From Octopus sinensis (taxonomy: Eukaryota), in contig NW_021825523.1 of NCBI RefSeq assembly GCF_006345805.1, positions 1 through 15,279 on the forward strand: a DNA stretch of 15,279 nucleotides, in the 5' to 3' direction. The position numbers were made by a program, and so were the translations under genes. The first letter of the stretch is position 1; each line of letters starts with the position of its first letter. The notes beneath the pieces are model-generated. The model had not been told where the DNA came from and made no database searches. It saw only the letters and a list, made by a program, of their open reading frames with translations. Of the stretch, positions 9,001 through 15,279 are shown piece after piece.

Positions 9001-9358
9001 AAGGCGAGGCTATTTTGTAAGAAGCTTGCTTCCCAACCACATGGCACCTTGGGCAAGTGTCTTCTATTAAGTAGCCTCGGGCCAACCAAAGCCTTGTGAG
9101 TGGATTTGGTAGACGGAAACTGAAAGAAGCCCGCCGTTTATATATGTATGTATATGTATATGTTTGTGTTTGTCCCCCACCATCGCTTGACAACCGATGT
9201 TGGTGTGTTTACGTTCACGTAACTTAGGGGTTCGGCAAAAAGAGAACAATGGGATAAGTACTAGGCTTCCAAAGCATAAGTCCTGGGGTCGATTTGCTCG
9301 ACTCACAGGTGGTGCTCCAGTATGGCCGAAGTTAAAATACTGAAGCAAATAAAAGAAT
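9001..9358 (+). mobile_element. Near full-length SINE family A copy lacking box B
   Basis: Colinear with the reverse complement of 17-435 from head (GTAAGAAGCTTGCTTCCCAACCACATGG) to tail (GGTGCTCCAGTATGGCCGAAG...AATAAAAGAATA), with a 25-nt gap at 9044/9045. Confidence 0.92.
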
Positions 9359-9499
9359 ACACACACACACTTATTAACTGATATATATAGAGAGAGATTA
9401 TAGGTATACACACATACACACTCATACATGTGTCAAGTACATGCATAGACACATATATGTGTATCTAGTACATGTGTGTGTGTATGTGTGTGTGCGTTT

Positions 9500-9790
9500 G
9501 TACGTGCGTACTTCTGTATCTCTTCTCTCTCTCTTTATCTATCTGTCTGTCTGACTGTCTAATCTTCTATTTAAGACTTTCCTTCCTCTTCCTAATTGAC
9601 TTACATTTCACTCTACATCAAACGAACTCTTTTACGCCTTTACCTTTTCTTTCTCACCTCCTCTCCCTCTTTCTTCTCTCTCTCTCTCTCTTCCTCCACC
9701 CTTCCACTTCTGCCTCTTACCTTCCCCTCATAATTTACTTTCATCACGCTTCTTCTTCAACATTACCTATCTGCTCTTCATCTCGCACTT
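9500..9790. repeat. Pyrimidine-rich low-complexity tract (decayed CT repeat)
   Basis: The plus strand is dominated by C/T with short (CT)n runs. Confidence 0.75.
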
Positions 9791-9909
9791 TATACTCACA
9801 CACACACACACGCACACGCACACACACACACACATACGCACACACTCACATATAAATACATGCTTACGTACATCAGTATATATATATATATATAACATAT
9901 ATATTATAT

Positions 9910-10147
9910 ACTAAGCAATAAAGGGTTTAGCAACGAATTGCCTTACCACATACCGAATTTAGAAATAGCAGTCAAAGAGTTATAGCTATTTCTTCTACTA
10001 AAAAGGGAGATCTCAGTAAAAACAGCAATTGCTGTTTTTACTGAGATCTCCCTTTTTAGTAGAAAGAAATAGCTATAACTCTTTGACTGCTATTTCTAAA
10101 TTCGGTATGTGGTAAGGCAATTCGTTGCTAAACCTTTATTGCTTAGT
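9910..10147. mobile_element. Spacer-less 238-bp palindrome (collapsed foldback/MITE-like DNA element)
   Basis: Arms 9910-10028 and 10029-10147 (119 bp each) are reverse complements centred on CAGCAA|TTGCTG. They differ only by two 1-nt indels (an extra G in AAAGGGTTT on the left, an extra A in AGAAAGAAAT on the right). Confidence 0.88.
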
Positions 10148-10859
10148 GTTACTTAAATTTTCCTCGAATGAGGCTTTTACATGCCGAAGACTACTGGGTA
10201 ATGATAATTATTCCAAATTAATAATTTCACCCTTCATTATTACGGGATATATATTATATATATATTATATAATATATATACACACATATATATATATACA
10301 CAAATATATATGCATACATATATGTATATATAAATATATATACAACCATATATGTATGTATATATGTATGTATACATACATTCATACCTACATATAGATA
10401 TTTACATATGTGTGCGTGTGGTGTGTGTGTGTGTGTATGTATATATAATATGTATGTATTTATATGAAAATAATTATGTGTGCATGTGTGTGTGAGAGAG
10501 TGTATGCATGCGTGTATTTTTGTATGTGTGTGTGTGTGTGTGTGTATTTATGTATATTTGTACGTATATTATTTATCTATTCAACCACCTCGCTTCCTAT
10601 TCATCAACGCGATATTCATACATTCCAGGCTCTAAAATCTCATTCAGCCATTGAAATATGGAAGCTTGTTTCTTTCACTGCGGGGGAACTTCTTCTCGCG
10701 CCATCCACGACTTCAAAGCGAGGTTCTTAGCACAGCAACCATTTTGTTCGGGTGCAAAACTCTTGATCTCTTACTTCAAAACCATCGCTGCGCCTAGCTG
10801 AACTGAGATGCTGAATACCGTGCGTGTGATGGTGTGTAAGTGGTGGAGGGGCTTGGCTC

Positions 10860-10893
10860 ATGCTTGTGCGTGAGTGTGTTTGTGTGTGTGTGC

Positions 10894-10936
<43 letters not shown>

Positions 10937-11062
10937 AGAGAAAGAGAGAGGGTGTATATGATGCGTGTGTGTTTGTTTTTAGGTTTTTGCGTCTTCTCTA
11001 TTCGTGTATGCTGTTCATTTTCTTTGTTTTTATGTGTTTCTGTATTTCTGTGTGTGTGTGCA

Positions 11063-11097
<35 letters not shown>

Positions 11098-11420
11098 ATG
11101 TCTATGTGTGTGTTGTGTGTGTGTGTGTGTGCATGTGTGTGTGTGTGTGTGCATGTGTGTATGTGTGTGTGCATGTGTTGTATGGTGTGTGTGTGTGGTG
11201 GGTGTGTGCATGTGTGTGTGGTGTGTGTGTGTGTGTGTATGTCTATGGTGGGTGTGTGTGTGTTGTGTGTGTGGATGTGTTGTGTGTTGTGTGTGTGCAT
11301 GTGTGTGCATGTGTGTATGTGTGTGTGTGGTGCTGCATGTGTGTGTGTGTGTGTGTGTGTGCATGTGTGTATGTGTGTGTGTGTGGTGTGTGTGTGTGTG
11401 TGTATGTCTATGTGTGTGTA
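10860..11420. repeat. Complex (TG)n-based array with (AG)n insert and GCATGT/GTCTATG variants
   Basis: Direct reading. It explains the Cys/Val/Met and His/Thr pseudo-ORFs here. Confidence 0.96.
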
Positions 11421-11548
11421 CGAACGCGGGTAATTTGTTGTGTATGTATTGTTTTATTTGTGTATGCAAACGTGTGTTTCTGTTTTTCTGTGAGAATATG
11501 TGTGTTTATACTTGTTTTGTGCCTGTACGCTTATATGTGTATGCGTGT

Positions 11549-11593
11549 ATATACATATACATACATACATACATACATACATACATACATAAT

Positions 11594-11658
<65 letters not shown>
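11549..11658. repeat. (TACA)n followed by (TA)n
   Basis: Direct reading. Confidence 0.96.
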
Positions 11659-11662
<4 letters not shown>

Positions 11663-11837
11663 TGTGCATGTGTTTCATATGTATTTACGTTTGTGGTGTT
11701 TGCGTGTAGTAATCTCTGTTCTTGTAAATGTTTTTTCTATGTTTTTCTGAACGTGTGTGTCTTTTTATGTTTGTTTGTGCATGTGCATATCTGTTTATCT
11801 TTATGAGCATGTGTGCGTGGTGTGTGTGTGTGTGTGT

Positions 11838-11869
<32 letters not shown>

Positions 11870-12318
11870 TTCAGCGATGTGCTTGCGCGCGCACGCGTTT
11901 CTTTCAGTCTCGTGTGCGCTTGCGTATGAAGGTGGTGCTTGTTGATGCGTGTGTAGTTCAGGGCATGTGTGGAAGTGCGTGCTGGTGCTAATTTATTTGT
12001 GCATGTGCGAACGCATCCACGTATGTGTCTCTGTCTCTCTCTATGCTTTTTGTGTATGCGTAAATTTGTGTATGTATGTGATGCGATTTTTATTTTGACT
12101 CTACGTGTGCGCTTATGCGTGCTTTTTCTGTTTGTATGCTTATATAATCTTAGTTAAAGTATGTGTGTGTGTCTGTGTGTCTTATGAACGTATTTTGTGC
12201 ATATTTATTTATGTACGTGCCTCCTTTGCGGATATGTGTGTGTTCGTATCTTATGTGAGTGTTCATGCCCGTTTATGTGTTTGTATGTATATGTAAACAT
12301 TTTAACAAGTTTGTATAT

Positions 12319-12374
12319 GCGGTGCCCCAGCATGGCCGCAGCTCGTGAGCTGTAATTAGATGAAATAAAAAAAA
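12319..12374 (+). mobile_element. SINE family A 3' tail fragment
   Basis: GCGGTGCCCCAGCATGGCCGCAGCTCGTGAGCTG...GAAATAAAA matches the conserved tail motif. Confidence 0.7.
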
Positions 12375-12406
12375 TATGTATGTTTCTGTGAATGTGAATG
12401 TGATCA

Positions 12407-12488
12407 CTTACATACATACATACATACATAGATATATACATACATACATACATACATACATACACACACACATACATACATACATACA

Positions 12489-12522
<34 letters not shown>

Positions 12523-12895
12523 CATACATACATACATACGTACATACATACAAACACACATATACAAGCATACACACATATATATATATACACACATACA
12601 TACATACATATATATATACACACACACATACATATATACACACATACATACATATATACACACACACATACATACATACATATATACACACACCACAACA
12701 TAACATACATACATACATACATACATACATACATTCATGCATACATACATACATACATACATAATACATACATACATACATACACACATACATACATACA
12801 TACATACATACATACATACATACATACATACATTCATGCATACATACATACATACATACATAATACATACATACATACACACATACATACATACA

Positions 12896-12929
<34 letters not shown>

Positions 12930-13003
12930 CACACACACATACATACATACATACATACATACATACATACATACATACACACATACATACATACATACAT
13001 ACA
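12407..13003. repeat. Long interrupted (CATA)n array
   Basis: About 600 bp of CATA units with CACA and TATA variants. It is the reverse-complement motif of the 3879-4355 array. Confidence 0.98.
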
Positions 13004-13094
13004 GAGGTAGGTATATATGCACATACATACAAACGATCATAAAATGTCTGCTTATATGTATCAGTATAGTCATGCTTCACTAAGAAACCACTAT

Positions 13095-13388
13095 ATTTTT
13101 TTAAAGCCCTGTACTGATTCTATCGATTTCTTTTACCGAACCGCCAAGTTATGGGGACGTAAACACGCCAACAGCGGTAAAGTGGTAGTGGGAGACAAAT
13201 ACAGTTATAAAACACGCACATATATACGACGGGCTTCTTTCAGTTTCCGTCTACCGAATCCACTCACAAGGCGTTTGTCGGCTCAAGGCCATAATAGAAT
13301 AAACTTGCTCAAGGTGCCACGCAGTGGGACTGAACCTGCAACTATGTGCTTGTGAAGCAAGCTTTTTACCACAAAGCCAGGCCTGCAC
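13095..13388 (-). mobile_element. SINE family A copy, head and body present, 3' tail missing
   Basis: ATATACGACGGGCTTCTTTCAGTTTCCGTCTACC, AAGGTGCCACGCAGTGGGACTGAACC (box B) and TTACCACAAAGCCAGGCCTGC (box A region) are colinear with ~115-435. Confidence 0.9.
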
Positions 13389-13394
13389 CTACAT

Positions 13395-13568
13395 ACACAC
13401 ACGTGTGTATATGTATATATATTTATATATGTGTATGTACATATATGTGTTTATGTGCATGGCTCTATGTATGTATGTATGCATGCTTGTATGTATGTAT
13501 ATATATGCATGTATGTATGCATGTATGTATGTATGTATGTATGTATCTCTCTCTCTCTCTCTCCTCTC

Positions 13569-13633
<65 letters not shown>

Positions 13634-13640
13634 GAATGTA
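13395..13640. repeat. Compound (TATG)/(CT)/(TA)/(TG) microsatellite
   Basis: Direct reading. Confidence 0.93.
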
Positions 13641-13729
13641 TGTATATGCTTGTTGTGTATTAGTATGCGTTTCCATTCGTGTCCACTGTCAGTATACGTA
13701 CGCGTGTATGTGTGTATATATATATATTT

Positions 13730-14345
13730 AACAATATCATCTTTGTCCATCCCTCTCTCAAATAACTCGCTTCTCTATCACACATTATTTACATCACTGT
13801 ATATTTCTCTCTCATTCCCCTAATACTCCCTCTTCTATCACTTTCGTTCTCTCTATCAAACTACCTTACCTAATTCTAAGTCAAGCGTGCAGTTGTTGGA
13901 TGTGACCAATATTAAGAAGCCAGGATACTGAATATTTATACTTAAATCTGTCTCGTTTATGATGTTTCTATTCAATGTCCTTATCAATAACCATCATGTG
14001 GCTTTCTATCACACCCTCCCTCCATCTTTTCTTCTCGCCTCAATCACTCTTTTGCTCCTATCACCCTGCAATCCTTCAATTTCTCCTTTCTATTCCACAC
14101 TCTCGCTTCAATTCCCCACTTTTTATTGCATCCTCTCGCATCAGTTTCTCACTTTCTTATGCCACCTTCACAGTCATTTTACTTCTGTCCAACCTCCATA
14201 CTAACAACTCTTTCTCTCCTTCTCTCACACCCTCTGTCCCTCTCTTGTTCTCATTACACTCTGCTCTGTCATTCTCTCTCTCCTTCCACTCCGATTCTAT
14301 TATATTATTCTATCTTACGTCACCCTCACATCCTCTTTCCATCCA
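13730..14345. repeat. Long pyrimidine-rich low-complexity tract
   Basis: A strongly C/T-biased plus strand over ~600 bp with scattered CTCT units and very few G. Confidence 0.75.
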
Positions 14346-14550
14346 GCTGCGCACAAAAAATTAAATACATAAATAAATAATATAAATGAAAAATTAACAC
14401 AGACAATGCAGGCCTTTGGTCTTGCAGGGGACGAAACCCTCTCTTTTGTACCGTCTAAAGAACGAATAAAGACCAGCGTAGGATAGACAGGAGTACTTAG
14501 TCTTACCGGAGTCAAGACAAATCTTTCGAGAGCTCGTACCACTATGTAAA

Positions 14551-14714
14551 ATGGTTAACAATAGGAAAGACATTCACCTGTATAAATCATGCCCGCTCCC
14601 TCGCCCTATAAAGCGAGGTGCAATCCTTGACCAATCTAAGTGGGCGGGGTGGTAACTAGATCGAGCGACATCTCCAACCCAAGTTAGCATGGAGATGTGG
14701 ACGTGAAAATGACG
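14551..14714 (+). mobile_element. Possible diverged 3' half of a further SINE family (family D)
   Basis: AGGAAAGACATTCACCTGTA...TCCAACCCAAGTTAGCATGGAGATGTGGACGTGAAAATGA resembles the AGGAAGGGCATCCAGCTGTA...TCCAACCCATGCTAGCATGGAAAGCGGACGTTAAACGATG repeat I recall from octopus. Not verifiable inside the window. Confidence 0.45.
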
Positions 14715-14730
14715 TGTGTAAATGCTCATA

Positions 14731-14838
14731 TGCAGACATGGCAGTGTGGTTAAGAGGCTCACGTTGCAACCACGTGGTTTGGGATTCAGTCTCACTCCGC
14801 AGTTCCTTGGGCAAATGGCTTCTTCTAATGGCTTGTGA
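14731..14838 (+). mobile_element. SINE family A 5' head fragment
   Basis: TGGCAGTGTGG (box A-like), GGATTCAGTCTC (degenerate box B) and TCCTTGGGCAAATG match the head of copies 17-435 and 9001-9358. Confidence 0.8.
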
Positions 14839-15279
14839 GAGAACTCGATTAACTGATTTGCTCATTACAAAATACAATCTGTAAGCGGGACAGTAAAACT
14901 ATGCAAGACATTTCTCAAGTTTAAAATGTGACATTGTTTTCGTTATTTACATTCCAAAAATGGAGCTTTGTATCTTCGTTAGAAACCAGCTCCTTCTTCA
15001 GAGGAAGAATTTTAATGATTAAATACATAGATTCACACACACGCGCACACGCTCACACACACACACACGCACACACACACACACATACACGCGCGCGCGC
15101 GCATGTATATGAATGTAAAATTTCATTATAATCGAGACACTACATCAGTAACTGAAGGACCTAGAATTTCGTGCCAAGTTTCACATGCTTATATAACCTA
15201 CCCCCCTCTCTCTCTCTCTCTCCCTCTCCCCCATCTCTCTCTCTCTCTTTCTCTCTCTCTGATGCACCCGCGTCCCGTC

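Noticed and set aside
10840-13083. ORFs of 200-290 aa rich in Cys/Val/Met or His/Thr, superficially metallothionein-like or His-rich
   Set aside because: They are fully explained by (TG)n and (CATA)n arrays.
13730-14380. Ser/Leu/Phe-rich ORFs suggesting a membrane protein
   Set aside because: The composition follows from the C/T-rich low-complexity strand, and there are no recognisable motifs.
14960-15001. Second hammerhead-like motif on the minus strand (CTGAAGA followed by a GGAGC/GCTCC stem)
   Set aside because: No GAAA box follows the stem, so the catalytic core is incomplete.

Overview
This is AT-rich eukaryotic non-coding DNA, probably intronic or intergenic, saturated with microsatellites. 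No intact host gene is supportable, and nearly all ORF-track entries are translations of (TG)n, (TATG)n, (CATA)n or (ATT)n tracts. The dispersed repeats look like the tRNA-derived SINE families I recall from Octopus genomes; that taxon assignment is from memory, not a search. Content: (1) nine full or partial copies of one tRNA-headed SINE, plus remnants of up to three other SINE-like families; (2) a decayed Helitron transposase 5' portion (~1558-2825) with 23-aa STPR-like repeats, a Cys-rich motif and the pre-Rep region, and a possible CTAG|T 3' end at 3166-3170; (3) a decayed Penelope-like region (~5590-6460) with two GIY-YIG endonuclease remnants and a hammerhead-like core; (4) two foldback elements, a 47-bp-stem hairpin (8687-8792) and a spacer-less 238-bp palindrome (9910-10147), next to inverted SINE pairs; (5) weaker candidates, a 78-nt minus-strand exon and a copia-integrase-like remnant. 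I see no convincing new multi-gene system. The best leads are the hidden STPR-like array, the Penelope/hammerhead mosaic and the dsRNA-prone 8.1-10.15 kb cluster.
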